Part shown: positions 9,438 to 19,224 of the stretch, piece after piece
Layout of the letters: every line of letters begins with the position of its first letter
How positions within the stretch are numbered: the first letter of the stretch is position 1
Origin: a virus
IMG/VR virus record: IMGVR_UViG_3300037419_001224
Direction: 5' to 3' (one strand)
DNA: 64,000 bases
Position numbers and translations under genes: made by a program
Notes under the pieces: generated by a model
What the model saw: the letters and a program-made list of their open reading frames with translations, nothing else
Told to the model about the DNA's origin: nothing
The model's database searches: none

Positions 9438-9889
9438 CCGTGCTCCATCATGTCGGCCAGGCGCTCGGCTCTCCCCTTGACCTGCTTCGCGTACGCGGAA
9501 TTGCGGATGCCGTCCGCCGCACGCTTGTAGTCGCCGGCTTCCATCGCCGACAGCGTGTTGCGAAACGACAGCAGGCCACGGGTGGAGTCGCCCAGTCCCA
9601 TGTTGAAGCACATCGACGCCAGCACGAGCTGGCGGTTCTCGCTCATGAAGCGCCACCACGGCAGCGCCCGGTCCAGTTGCCGCTCGACCTCGCTGATGTC
9701 GTTGCCCAGCAGGTACGCGATCTCGTCGTCGGACAGCCCCTTGTCGGTCAGGTTGCGCCCGATCCCGATCGACACCTTGCCGATCACGACGCTGCCCTTT
9801 CTGACTTCCCTGCCGGTCGCGTCGTCGTACGGCTTGTCTCGCTTGGCCTCGTCGTGCGCGAGGATCTCGGCCAGCCGGTCGCGGTTCAT
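9434..9889 (-). CDS. Endolysin, T4-lysozyme-like (GH24)
   Basis: 151 aa. E-x8-D-x5-T type catalytic region (HDEAKRDKPYDDATG) and IGIGRNL motif. Confidence 0.8.
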   Translation of the reverse strand: MNRDRLAEILAHDEAKRDKPYDDATGREVRKGSVVIGKVSIGIGRNLTDKGLSDDEIAYLLGNDISEVERQLDRALPWWRFMSENRQLVLASMCFNMGLGDSTRGLLSFRNTLSAMEAGDYKRAADGIRNSAYAKQVKGRAERLADMMEHG

Positions 9890-10074
9890 TGCTCGCCCTG
9901 CCTGATCAGCCGTGCAAGCAGGATCGCGAAGAACGCGTACTTGTACCAGCCGTCCGGCATGTACTGCTTCATCTCGGGCAGGTATTCATAGGCCATGGCC
10001 AGCATGCCGAACACGGTCGCCAGTTGCGCGGAAAACAGTTTATGCGCCTGTTTCCATTCATCGATCAGTTTCAT
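9886..10074 (-). CDS. Holin/antiholin-like small membrane protein
   Basis: 62 aa with two hydrophobic segments. Lies directly upstream of the endolysin with overlapping stop/start. Confidence 0.55.
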   Translation of the reverse strand: MKLIDEWKQAHKLFSAQLATVFGMLAMAYEYLPEMKQYMPDGWYKYAFFAILLARLIRQGEQ

Positions 10075-10256
10075 TTCTTCCCCCTGTTTTCAAACCACTC
10101 GTAGATGCGCAGGCATCCCCAGATGATCGACACCAGCGCCGCAAGCGCCGGCAGCCAGCCGACCAGCGTCGTGAGCACGACGCCGATTGAGATCCCGTCG
10201 CAGACGGCCTTGACGTGCTCCATCCCTTGTCCCCCGTGAAAAAACTGACGCATCAT
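10071..10256 (-). CDS. Holin-like small membrane protein
   Basis: Start MMRQFF... at 10256 overlaps the tail-fibre stop. Two TM segments and a charged C-terminus (ENRGKK). Confidence 0.5.
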   Translation of the reverse strand: MMRQFFHGGQGMEHVKAVCDGISIGVVLTTLVGWLPALAALVSIIWGCLRIYEWFENRGKK

Positions 10257-13243
10257 GCTGCCCTCCATGCCCTGACGTAGCGGATACGGTATGCATTGGA
10301 TTTGCCTTGCGGCGTGCCGGACGTGCTCGCCGAGCCGGACGCGGAACCGAACCACAGGTCAAGCAGGATGTACATGCGCGACTGCAGCGCGGTCGTGTTG
10401 ACCTTGGGACCGAGCTGGGCACCGTCGAAATAGAACGTGATGCCGCTGGCTTCCCATTTCGCGCCGTACTTGTGATACGCGGCGGACAGGTCGGTCTGCG
10501 CGAGGTAATCACCGAGCTTGCGCTGTCCCTGCTCGACGACGTTCGGGCTCCAGACCGTGCCCGTGTAGTTGTTCGGGTGCAGGTTCGAATCGCTCCAGCC
10601 GGAGCTCGGCCCGCCGCCGGAATACGCTTCCATGACGTCGATCTCGCCGCGCCCGCTGCCGCCGTTCGACTCGTGCTCGTACAGCCAGAACGCCGGCCAG
10701 CAGCCAGCGCCGATCGGCAGTTTGGCTTCCATCTCGAAGAAGCCGTAGAGCTGGTAATACTTGCCGTCGGTGTCGATCGTGCGGTTCACAAACGGCGATT
10801 GCGGCCAGATCAGCAGCTCGCCGCCCTCGACCGAGTAATTGATGGTCGGGTCGGACGACGCGTACCACAGGTGGTCGTTCCACACGTTGAAGTTCAGCGA
10901 CGTGCCGTCGAAGTTGTCTTCGAACGTCAGCGCCCAGCCGGACACGAAGCCGGCAGGCATCGGTGGCGACGGCGAAGGGGACGGAGAAGGCGCGGGGACG
11001 CCGTTATTGATCGTCCAGGTGCGCGACGGCATCGCCGCGATCTCGTTGGCGTTCGAGCCGGCAGGCTGGTCATACGCAAGGACGCGGAACGGGAGCGTGC
11101 CGTTCGGCAGCGCCGCCGTGTTCCAGTTCAGCGTCGCACTGGTGCCGGCACCATTCAGCGTGAACGTGCCATAGATCGGCAGGTAGCTGTTGGGCGGCAC
11201 CAGCTCGACGTTCTGCATCAGGTTGCCGCTGACGGTGATGGTCACGAGCCCGCTGATCACCGCACCATCCGCAGGGGCGGCAGTCAGCGTGGCGGAGAAC
11301 ACGCCTGGCGTGGGAGCGGGAGCCGGGGCCGGGGCCGGCGGCGGCGGGGCCAGGTAACTGAGCACGTCCGGCACCCACCTGTCGGCCATGTACTGGCCCA
11401 TCAGCGTATAGACGGAATCGCTCGGATGCACACCGTCCGGGAAGTAATCGAGGATATTCCCGGTGCCGTTCGTCACCAGCGTCTTCGTGTAGTTGAACAC
11501 ATCCAGCACCGGCACCGTCGATGCGGCTGCCTGGTCCCGCGCCGCCTGCGCGATCGGCCCGATCAGGCTTCCCTGGCCGTAGCACGGCGTCATGATCACG
11601 ACCTTCTTGCCGACCGCCAGCGCGCCATCGATCAGCACCTTCAGGTTCGACGCGAATGTGGCCGGCGTCATGTCCCACTGGTCATTGGTGCCATGCCCGA
11701 GCACGACCCAGTTCGCGAGGCTCTGCGACATTTCCGTGGTCCATGCCGGATGCACGCCGTCGGTGCCGTTGATCGCGTCCAGCACGCCCTTGGAGTTCAC
11801 CGCTTCATTGCGCACGAAATACTGCGGCAGCTTTTGCGCGAACGCTTTCGGCGGCGGAACCGCCACTTGCGAGCCGTCAGGGACGTGGTATCCCCACAGC
11901 GTCGAGTTGCCATAGAACGCGACCGTTTCGTCCGGGGTCGGGGTCTGGGTTCCGCCTCCGGTCGGCGGAATGCCGGCACGCCAGGCGCGCACGTACCGGA
12001 TGTCGAAGCTGTTGCTCTGCCCCTGCGGCGTGATCGATGCGCTCGGCGGGCCGTTCGCGACATCGTGCCGGATGATCGACAGCACGAAGAACATGCGCTG
12101 GTTGATCGCGTTCGGCCCGGTCATCGCCCTGGTCCAGAACGGCTGGCCATCGAAGTAGAACGTCATCCCCGCTTCGTCCCACTTGACCCCGTACTTGTGA
12201 TGCGCCGCCGACAGGTCGGGCAGCGTGCCGAGCGCGTCATGCGCCCGTTTCTCATCGTACGAGCCAAGCCCGTTGCCGGGTTCGACCTGGGACACCACGT
12301 CGATCGGGTGATAGTCGGTGGTTGCCCACGCGTTGTCCGGGAAGCCGGGGATCGCCTGCGCAATCACCGCGTACGGCGTTTCCCCGCTGGCATGGGCCAG
12401 CAGCCAGAACGAGATGCGGATGCCCCTGCCGATCGGGTATTTGATTTCCGCCTCGAAATAACCGTATTGCTGCTCGAACTTGCCGTCGGTCGTGATGTGG
12501 CGGTTCACGTACCCGGTATCCGGCCAGATCAGCAGGTCGCCGTTGCTGATCGCGTAGTTGATGACGGGATCGGACGTCTCGTACCAGATATGGTCGGTCC
12601 ACTTGCTGGTATCGAGAAACACGGAATCGAAGTTGTCTTCGAACGTGAGAATCCAGTTGGTCCCCTGTCCGTACGGGAACGGGCCTTCCGGTGCCGGCGC
12701 GGGAGAAGGCGCGGGCGTGGCGGTCGTCACGCAATACGACAGTTCATAGGTCGAGCCGTTGCCGAATCCGGCCTGGGAGCCGACCCAGGTCCAGGACGTG
12801 GAGTCCGATCCCGACTGGTAAGCGTACGTGGTGGCATCGGCCTCGTAATAGATCTTCGCGGCGGGATCGGTGACATTGACGATCAGCGCATGGAACGCGG
12901 TCCTTGGCACGTTGCCGTGCAGCGTGAACACGAACTTGTTTTCATCATGCTTGTCGTACGCGCTCTTGACCACGTAGCCGACGAACGTGTTCGGCGTCAG
13001 CGTGCCCCATTGGCCTTCCAGGTAACCGGTCGAGTCGACGCCATTGGAAGCGGCCACCAGCACCGAATCGAGCTCGTCCTTGCCGTACAGGTCGCCCAGC
13101 TCGATCGCCCCGGTCTTCTTGTTCGCCAGGGCGCGCACGCGGGGGTCGCCCAGATCCGTGGTGGCGGTCGTCGAGATCTCCAGGTTGTTCTCGACATCGG
13201 TGATCGAGATCAGCCCCGACGGCGGCAGTGTAGGACTGGTCAT
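10253..13243 (-). CDS. Tail fibre/spike with GH16-like, SGNH hydrolase and second GH16 domains
   Basis: 996 aa. Two paralogous concanavalin/GH16-like domains, each behind a Pro-rich linker. Central SGNH/GDSL esterase signature (YGNST...GHGTND...DGVHP). Only the C-terminal GH16 copy keeps E-I-D-V-M-E (10631-10645). Confidence 0.75.
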   Translation of the reverse strand: MTSPTLPPSGLISITDVENNLEISTTATTDLGDPRVRALANKKTGAIELGDLYGKDELDSVLVAASNGVDSTGYLEGQWGTLTPNTFVGYVVKSAYDKHDENKFVFTLHGNVPRTAFHALIVNVTDPAAKIYYEADATTYAYQSGSDSTSWTWVGSQAGFGNGSTYELSYCVTTATPAPSPAPAPEGPFPYGQGTNWILTFEDNFDSVFLDTSKWTDHIWYETSDPVINYAISNGDLLIWPDTGYVNRHITTDGKFEQQYGYFEAEIKYPIGRGIRISFWLLAHASGETPYAVIAQAIPGFPDNAWATTDYHPIDVVSQVEPGNGLGSYDEKRAHDALGTLPDLSAAHHKYGVKWDEAGMTFYFDGQPFWTRAMTGPNAINQRMFFVLSIIRHDVANGPPSASITPQGQSNSFDIRYVRAWRAGIPPTGGGTQTPTPDETVAFYGNSTLWGYHVPDGSQVAVPPPKAFAQKLPQYFVRNEAVNSKGVLDAINGTDGVHPAWTTEMSQSLANWVVLGHGTNDQWDMTPATFASNLKVLIDGALAVGKKVVIMTPCYGQGSLIGPIAQAARDQAAASTVPVLDVFNYTKTLVTNGTGNILDYFPDGVHPSDSVYTLMGQYMADRWVPDVLSYLAPPPPAPAPAPAPTPGVFSATLTAAPADGAVISGLVTITVSGNLMQNVELVPPNSYLPIYGTFTLNGAGTSATLNWNTAALPNGTLPFRVLAYDQPAGSNANEIAAMPSRTWTINNGVPAPSPSPSPSPPMPAGFVSGWALTFEDNFDGTSLNFNVWNDHLWYASSDPTINYSVEGGELLIWPQSPFVNRTIDTDGKYYQLYGFFEMEAKLPIGAGCWPAFWLYEHESNGGSGRGEIDVMEAYSGGGPSSGWSDSNLHPNNYTGTVWSPNVVEQGQRKLGDYLAQTDLSAAYHKYGAKWEASGITFYFDGAQLGPKVNTTALQSRMYILLDLWFGSASGSASTSGTPQGKSNAYRIRYVRAWRAA

Positions 13244-14070
13244 TTCAGCCCCAGCGCCTTCTTGAGTTTCACGACCTCTTGCGCCAGCTCGATCGCGATC
13301 ACCAGCGCCGCCGCCTGGTTAATGCAGAGAACGCCGTTGTCATCGATGCTGACCGCTTCCGGGAACGCCTCGGCCAGCGACTGCGCGCCGACGCCGACAT
13401 CCATCGTGTTGCCTTTCTTCCAGAAGAAGATGCCGCGCTTCTTGATGGCCGCGACCTTTTCCAGGAAGTCGGCAGGCATGCGCTTCCACTTCATCTTCTT
13501 GCGCTCGTCCGACGTCTGCCGGATCACCGCGCCCTGCACGGTGCCGGAAAAGGTCGCGCTGGTGCCATTGATCGCGCCGGTAAACGTGTCGCCATTCTTG
13601 TTGGCCGGCACGTAGCCGAGCGCGGCGGTGATCTGGGCCAGCTCAAAGCCGGTCAGCCCCGCGCCACTGCCGGAGAATCCGCCCGCCGTCACGTTGCCGG
13701 AAAACGATGCGCTGGTGCCGGTGATCGGGCCGGTGAAGTCGCCGCCGCTGCGCGGCATGGTCGAGGTCGACGACGGCGGCAGGTACCAGACGCCCTGGAA
13801 ATAGGTCTTCATCGTCTTGGCGAGCGTATTGAAATACAGGTCGCCGTCGGCCAGCGCGGTGCCGTCGTAGCGCAGGATCGGATCGGACGCCAGCGCGCCC
13901 TGGTAGATCAGGCGGAATTCGCTTGATGCGGAAATGCCGGACAAGTCGTCAGCCACCTTCTGGAACGCGGCGGCGATCGCGTCGAACTCGGCCCGCATGA
14001 TCGCGGACGACCCACGCGAGATCGGCGCAGGGGCAGCGGTGGAGTGCTGGTAGTAAGTGTTGGTAGCCAT
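13240..14070 (-). CDS. Tail fibre with C-terminal intramolecular chaperone (peptidase S74-like) domain
   Basis: 276 aa. Gly/Thr/Ser fibre repeats (GDFTGPITGTSASFSGNV). C-terminus has SDERKK...GVGAQSLAEAFPEAV...L..A.QE pattern typical of auto-cleaving chaperone domains. Confidence 0.65.
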   Translation of the reverse strand: MATNTYYQHSTAAPAPISRGSSAIMRAEFDAIAAAFQKVADDLSGISASSEFRLIYQGALASDPILRYDGTALADGDLYFNTLAKTMKTYFQGVWYLPPSSTSTMPRSGGDFTGPITGTSASFSGNVTAGGFSGSGAGLTGFELAQITAALGYVPANKNGDTFTGAINGTSATFSGTVQGAVIRQTSDERKKMKWKRMPADFLEKVAAIKKRGIFFWKKGNTMDVGVGAQSLAEAFPEAVSIDDNGVLCINQAAALVIAIELAQEVVKLKKALGLK

Positions 14071-16176
14071 TTATTGCCTCTCGATCCGGCGAGCGGAAAA
14101 CATGATCGTGATGCCCTCGATCGTGTGCGACTGGTCCTGGGCGCGGTTGCTGTAGAAAATGATCCCGATGTTCTTTTCCGTTCCTTCGAGCGAAACGGAC
14201 GGCGCGGTCACGCTGCCGGAATCCCAGTTGAAACGGTCCCAGGTGAACTGGTCCCAGTAATTGCCGCCACCCACCAGCGCGGGCAACTGGTCCGGCAGCA
14301 TCGAGCGGGTGCCAACCATTTCCGCCGACGACACCGCTGGCGGCGGGCTGACCTCGCTCGACCCGTAGTTGAAGTCGTAGCTCATCGCCACTTCCGCGTA
14401 CTGCGCGACCTTGCATTCAAGGACGGCGCGGCGGTAGCGCTTCCTGGTCCTCGGCGACCGGCTGTGCGCGAACGCCATGTGAATCCAGGACTCGATCGCC
14501 CTGCCGTCGAAGCTGGTGCCGACCCCTTCCTCGTACACGTAGCCGTCGTCGGAGCCGAAGAACGTGCGCTCGATCCCGTTGCTCCAGGTGCTGGTGCAGA
14601 TGCAGCGCACCGGGATGCCATAAAACAGCGGCAGGATGCCGGACACCTTTTCGCCGGTCATCCCGATCACGATCGCCGAGCCATCGGAAAAATAAATCCG
14701 GTACTGGTTCTTGGCGCGCAATGTGGTGGCGGCGGTGACGAGCCCGCGCTTGGCGTTGATCAGCGGCTGCACCAGTTGCGAAATGGTCGAGAACAGGAAG
14801 TCGCCGTACGCATTGGTCGCCTGCACGCTCTGGATGCCTCGCGGCGTCAGGCCGAGCACGGTGTCGCCGACCGGCGACAACGAATAGGCGCGATAGCCGA
14901 TATCCTGGACCGTGGAGCGCAACTGGAAATTGACGACGCCGGTCCCGTACAGCGTGTGCGTGCGGCCAGCGGTGAACACCAGCATCGCCGAGCCGGTGTC
15001 GGACGCGCCCATCGGTTGCATGCCGGTGATCTCGTCGCCGGTCGCCAGTTCGCCCGCGCCTGTCACCACCGTCCACGAGAACGGGGAACCGGGCGACGAA
15101 AACTGCAGCGATCCCTTGAACGACAGGAACAGGCTTTGCAAGTGCGCGGAAATGTGGCTCGGCGCATCCGCCACCATCCCGGTGTAGATCGGGTAATAGC
15201 TGGTGCCGTCGAACTGGAACGCCGGGTTCACGCCGTCGCAGCCATACATCTTCTGGCCCGACGATGACCCGGTGAAGTTGTAATTGATCGCTTCCAGCCG
15301 TCCGCCAGGAAACCGCGTGATCTGGGTCGACGCGGAATCCGATGTCGCTTTCGAGGTCGACCCGACATAGATCGTCGCGTTGTTGCCGAACGTGCCGCCG
15401 ACCGGCTGCGCAATGATCAGCGTGCCGGCGGCGGTGCCGCCGCTCCAGGAGCCGGAACGCAGCAGCACCGTGGTGACGGTCGCGGTGATGGTCGGGCTGG
15501 ACGCGGCATTCGCGATCACGTCGCCAGGATTGATCTGGCTGGTGCCGGCCCGGAACTTCATGTGCCAGCCCATGCTGACCGCCTGCCAGCCGGACGAGGT
15601 CGCCTTGTAGATCAGGCCGGCATTGCCGCTCAGGTTGTCGCGGAACACGTACAGCACGTCATTCAACATCCACACGCCACGGATCGGGCCGCTGCCGGGG
15701 ACTTGCTGGATATCGTTGCGCAAGTCGTTGACGGCGAGCAGCATGTAATCGGCGTCGGCTTTCGGATCGCTGGTCACGGTCTGGGACGCGGTCACCACGC
15801 CGACCCGGATGCCGTTGACGTTCAGGTTTTCATCGAGCTGGAACGTGCCGGAGGACCGCCCGAGCACGACTTGCGCGCCGTCGACCTTCAGCACGCGCCC
15901 GGTCGCCCCGGAAAGCGCGCCGACCAGGGTCGAGCCGTCCGCCGGCCTGGTCGTCAGCAATGCGGGCAGCAACACATACGTCGCCACCCGTGTCGGCGAA
16001 TCGCGACCATCGAACCGCTCGTAGCCGTCGATCCGGCGGTAGCCGCCGACCGTGTCCGGCTCGTAGTTCTGCGCATCGAACGCCCGCCCCGGCGGCATCG
16101 AGATGGCCGGCGTCACCATGTCGAGCCCGCCCTCGATCGGGAAGAACTCGGAATCGACCTTCGGAAACTTAACCAT
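14071..16176 (-). CDS. Large tail/nozzle structural protein
   Basis: 701-aa ORF lying between the capsid module and the tail fibres. No enzymatic motif seen. Confidence 0.55.
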   Translation of the reverse strand: MVKFPKVDSEFFPIEGGLDMVTPAISMPPGRAFDAQNYEPDTVGGYRRIDGYERFDGRDSPTRVATYVLLPALLTTRPADGSTLVGALSGATGRVLKVDGAQVVLGRSSGTFQLDENLNVNGIRVGVVTASQTVTSDPKADADYMLLAVNDLRNDIQQVPGSGPIRGVWMLNDVLYVFRDNLSGNAGLIYKATSSGWQAVSMGWHMKFRAGTSQINPGDVIANAASSPTITATVTTVLLRSGSWSGGTAAGTLIIAQPVGGTFGNNATIYVGSTSKATSDSASTQITRFPGGRLEAINYNFTGSSSGQKMYGCDGVNPAFQFDGTSYYPIYTGMVADAPSHISAHLQSLFLSFKGSLQFSSPGSPFSWTVVTGAGELATGDEITGMQPMGASDTGSAMLVFTAGRTHTLYGTGVVNFQLRSTVQDIGYRAYSLSPVGDTVLGLTPRGIQSVQATNAYGDFLFSTISQLVQPLINAKRGLVTAATTLRAKNQYRIYFSDGSAIVIGMTGEKVSGILPLFYGIPVRCICTSTWSNGIERTFFGSDDGYVYEEGVGTSFDGRAIESWIHMAFAHSRSPRTRKRYRRAVLECKVAQYAEVAMSYDFNYGSSEVSPPPAVSSAEMVGTRSMLPDQLPALVGGGNYWDQFTWDRFNWDSGSVTAPSVSLEGTEKNIGIIFYSNRAQDQSHTIEGITIMFSARRIERQ

Positions 16177-16178
16177 GA

Positions 16179-16370
16179 TTAATTCTTCCTGGGGTTGTAG
16201 TCCGGTTCTGACTTCTCGCGCTGGTCATAGCTGTTATGCACGATCACACGAGGATCGTCGTCCGTCTGCGGAGCACAGGCGCAGTCCTGCGTAAGGTAGT
16301 GTTCGCGCAAGTCGTCCATCGGCACCACATGCACATGGGTGCTTGTGTTTCGCACGAGCCAGTTCATCAT
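16179..16370 (-). CDS. Small conserved phage protein (HVVP..DL.EH....DC.C.P motif)
   Basis: 63 aa. This motif recurs in small ORFs of many phage structural modules. Confidence 0.5.
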   Translation of the reverse strand: MMNWLVRNTSTHVHVVPMDDLREHYLTQDCACAPQTDDDPRVIVHNSYDQREKSEPDYNPRKN

Positions 16371-17111
16371 TTACGCGAGCGGCGGGCCAAACCCGATCGG
16401 CGGCAACTGGTCCGCCATCATCCGGTTCAGCATGCGGTTGAACTCCAGCGCGCCGGCACTATAGATCTCGGGCGCGGCCTCGTACGAGCCGTAGAACATC
16501 ATGGCCCGGTACACGATCGCCATGTGGAACTCGCTCGGCAGGTTCGGCCTGTCTTCATTGGCGGTCATTTCCGACGGCATCGCGAACGCCTCGCCACGGA
16601 TCGTGTACACCGCGTCCGGGGTCGGGCCGAGCATCAGATCCTTGGTCGGCGTCACCGTGAACACGTCCGGCTGCCGCTGCTGCGCGACCATCGGGCCGAA
16701 CAGGTACATGTCGTAGAAATCCTCATACGTCATGTACGGCAGGAACATCTCGCCGGAGCGGTCGTCCGCATCGCTGGCTGGGTACCAGCGGAACGCGTCC
16801 AGGCGCAGGTTCGCGTTCGACGCGAGCTTCATCTCGAAGTTGTTGTAGCTCTGCTTGCCGGCCACGGTGGTGAACCTGACCGGCTGGTGCATGAACCGCC
16901 AGTTCTTGTGCAGCGACTGGATATCGATCCATGCCTGCCTGATCCACGACACCAGCCTGGCCGACTCGCCGATCTGGTTTTCGACGTTGGCAGGCCCGGT
17001 GCCGCCCGCGCCGACCTCTTGGCGCAGGCGCTGCACCAGTTGCAGGAAATTCATCCCCCCGACCATGTAGTTGGCGCTGCGCGGGATGTCGGGGACCAGC
17101 TTGACGGCCAT
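16371..17111 (-). CDS. Virion structural protein (adaptor or tail-tube type)
   Basis: 246-aa ORF, translationally coupled. Assigned by position downstream of the capsid genes. Confidence 0.55.
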   Translation of the reverse strand: MAVKLVPDIPRSANYMVGGMNFLQLVQRLRQEVGAGGTGPANVENQIGESARLVSWIRQAWIDIQSLHKNWRFMHQPVRFTTVAGKQSYNNFEMKLASNANLRLDAFRWYPASDADDRSGEMFLPYMTYEDFYDMYLFGPMVAQQRQPDVFTVTPTKDLMLGPTPDAVYTIRGEAFAMPSEMTANEDRPNLPSEFHMAIVYRAMMFYGSYEAAPEIYSAGALEFNRMLNRMMADQLPPIGFGPPLA

Positions 17112-17548
17112 TACGCAGCCTCGGAAAGGACGGCGTTGAGCCAGGCGCGGCCAGCCGGGTTCTTGTCTTCGACGACAGTGAACGGATACGCGAGCGCGGT
17201 GCGGCTGCGCATCTCGATCCGGTCAGGCTCGTTCGGATTGACGACATGCTGCGTGTACTTGGTTTCCTTGCAACGCGCCAGGATCTCGACGAACATCCTG
17301 CGCATCTGCGTCGGCCTGCCACGGAACACCGGTTGCGTGACGCCGTTGACCGACAGCACGAGCGACGGCGGCTGGTTTTCATCGGTGGTATCGGCCACTT
17401 CGACCGTGACCATCTCGTTCATGAACGCTTCCTGCTGCACCATCTTCTGGAAATCGTGCGCGGCGGCGGTCTCGATCGTCTGGTCTTCTTTCAGTTCGAT
17501 CGCGTTGTTGATGACCTTGTTGCCGTCGTGATTCTTGGTCGTTGCCAT
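17111..17548 (-). CDS. Hypothetical virion-module protein
   Basis: 145-aa ORF with an SD (GAGGAAG) just after the terminator at 17561-17591. Confidence 0.55.
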   Translation of the reverse strand: MATTKNHDGNKVINNAIELKEDQTIETAAAHDFQKMVQQEAFMNEMVTVEVADTTDENQPPSLVLSVNGVTQPVFRGRPTQMRRMFVEILARCKETKYTQHVVNPNEPDRIEMRSRTALAYPFTVVEDKNPAGRAWLNAVLSEAA

Positions 17549-17560
17549 TGTTACTTCCTC

Positions 17561-17591
17561 AAAATAAAAAAGGCACCCCGAAGGGTGCCTT
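17561..17591 (-). terminator. Intrinsic terminator after the capsid/decoration genes
   Basis: Minus strand reads AAGGCACCC-TTCG-GGGTGCCTT followed by TTTTTATTTT. Confidence 0.8.
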
Positions 17592-17608
17592 TGTGGGTGC
17601 TGCGTCGA

Positions 17609-18109
17609 TTACGCAGTGATCGGATCGGTCGGCGGCAGATTGCACACATCCACCGGGGTATCGATCGTGATGCCGGTCGCGTTCCAGTTACTGGTGCCAA
17701 AGGTCCAGCTCGTGGAAACGGTCGAGCCAGCCTTGATCACCGCGTAAGCGAATGCGGTGATCGTGTCCGGCAATGCCGGCAGCGGCACGACGGTCGAGTT
17801 CGCCGAGGTGTCGGTGTACGGCACGATCGTGCCCTGCACCACCTTGACGGTGCCGTCGAGCAGCAAGCCGAACGCATAGCAGCAGACGGTGCTCGGGAGC
17901 TGCGCCTTGAACGCCGCGCCGGTCGCGCCATCGGTGGTCGGAACCGCCGTTGCAGTCAATGCCGCCTTGGAAGCGGCCTTGCCATTGACGGCGTAGTAGA
18001 CCTGGTTGGCGGTCGTGAAGGTGGTGGCTGCGCCGGACAAGCCGCCGATGCCAGCCTTTCCGAAGCAGATATTGCCGCCCCGCAGACCGTGGGTAACGGT
18101 ATAAGACAT
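17609..18109 (-). CDS. Capsid decoration-like protein
   Basis: 166 aa, Gly/Thr/Ala-rich and predicted beta-rich. Lies immediately after the major capsid gene. Confidence 0.45.
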   Translation of the reverse strand: MSYTVTHGLRGGNICFGKAGIGGLSGAATTFTTANQVYYAVNGKAASKAALTATAVPTTDGATGAAFKAQLPSTVCCYAFGLLLDGTVKVVQGTIVPYTDTSANSTVVPLPALPDTITAFAYAVIKAGSTVSTSWTFGTSNWNATGITIDTPVDVCNLPPTDPITA

Positions 18110-18132
18110 GATGTACTCCTATTCGGGAAATT

Positions 18133-18156
18133 CCGGGGCTGGATGAAAAGCCCCGG
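18133..18156 (-). terminator. Hairpin or partial terminator after the major capsid gene
   Basis: Minus strand reads CCGGGGCT-TTTCATCC-AGCCCCGG followed by a weak T tract (AATTTCCC). Confidence 0.35.
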
Positions 18157-18162
18157 TCGTCA

Positions 18163-19197
18163 TTACAGCGAGGTCACGCCAGCTTCCAGACGAACCATCC
18201 AGGCTTCGTTCAGACGCACGCACTGGAACCAGGTGCTCGCGCCGACATAGCCGAACATGCCGAGCGGGTTCGAGTGGTTTTTCTCGCCCGAGCGGATGAT
18301 GGTCGGGCTAATCGCGTTCATGCCACGCAGCGCCACTTGCCCCCATGCGTCTTCAGCGATCACGAGGAACGGATAGACGTCCACGTTGCCGGTGCCGAGC
18401 ATGCCGTTCAGCGTGCTGGAACCAGCAGCGGTAAACGGGTTGAGCAGCGGGGAGGTGATGAAGCGGAACTGCTCGACCGCGCCGATCTCGCGATCGTGGA
18501 TCGGCTTGAACGAGCCGTAATCCTCGACGCGGGTGAAGCCGGTGATGTTGCGCACATCAGACTCGGCATCGGTGTGGCAGAACACGATGTAGGCCGGCTG
18601 GACCGCCTTGGTGCCGTAATTGACCGACGGAGCCAGACGCGAGGTCACGCGCTTCGCACGGTTCGATTCCAGCACGCGGGCAGCCTGACGCAGCTTGTTC
18701 AGCGTGATGACGGTGTTGACGGCGGAACGCGAAGAGCCGTTCGCATACACGACCGAGGTGCCAGCCTTGAGCACGCCGTAGCGCACCAGTTCCAGCACTT
18801 CCGCCATGGTCTCGCCGGTCAGCTTGACCATCTCGGCGGGAACGTCGTCCTCGTACAGGTTCTCGACCTTCGAGCTGAACTTGAACAGCACGCCGAAGTT
18901 CTGCAGCGTCACGCTCACGTCCTGGAACGAGATCGTGTTCGCGTTCGGCGTCACGCCTTCGGACAACACGAAGTTGTTCGGCGTGATCACCGGGGTGCCG
19001 TTGTACGTCTGCGCACTGGTCACAGCGCCGAACGGCAGCACACGACGGAACACCAGCGTGTCGGTCGAGTTTTTCGGTTGCTCCTTCTGGGTGCCGAAAT
19101 CACCGAGAACGATGATTGGCATCGCATGAGCGAGCATCCCCTGCGCGGCGCGGATCAGATTCCGCGACGCCGGGGTGGAGTAGGTTTGCATACCCAT
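18163..19197 (-). CDS. Major capsid protein (N4-gp56/HK97-fold type)
   Basis: 344 aa, directly downstream of an acidic scaffold-like gene. N-terminal region resembles N4-gp56-family capsid proteins (recognition by eye). Confidence 0.7.
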   Translation of the reverse strand: MGMQTYSTPASRNLIRAAQGMLAHAMPIIVLGDFGTQKEQPKNSTDTLVFRRVLPFGAVTSAQTYNGTPVITPNNFVLSEGVTPNANTISFQDVSVTLQNFGVLFKFSSKVENLYEDDVPAEMVKLTGETMAEVLELVRYGVLKAGTSVVYANGSSRSAVNTVITLNKLRQAARVLESNRAKRVTSRLAPSVNYGTKAVQPAYIVFCHTDAESDVRNITGFTRVEDYGSFKPIHDREIGAVEQFRFITSPLLNPFTAAGSSTLNGMLGTGNVDVYPFLVIAEDAWGQVALRGMNAISPTIIRSGEKNHSNPLGMFGYVGASTWFQCVRLNEAWMVRLEAGVTSL

Positions 19198-19224
19198 GAT
19201 GAACTCCTGGATTGATATAAAGGG

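Noticed and set aside
10307-13615. 1102-aa plus-strand ORF
   Set aside because: It is the antisense shadow of the tail-fibre genes 10253..13243 and 13240..14070. Its composition is Arg-rich junk, whereas the minus-strand products carry clear GH16, SGNH and S74 signatures.
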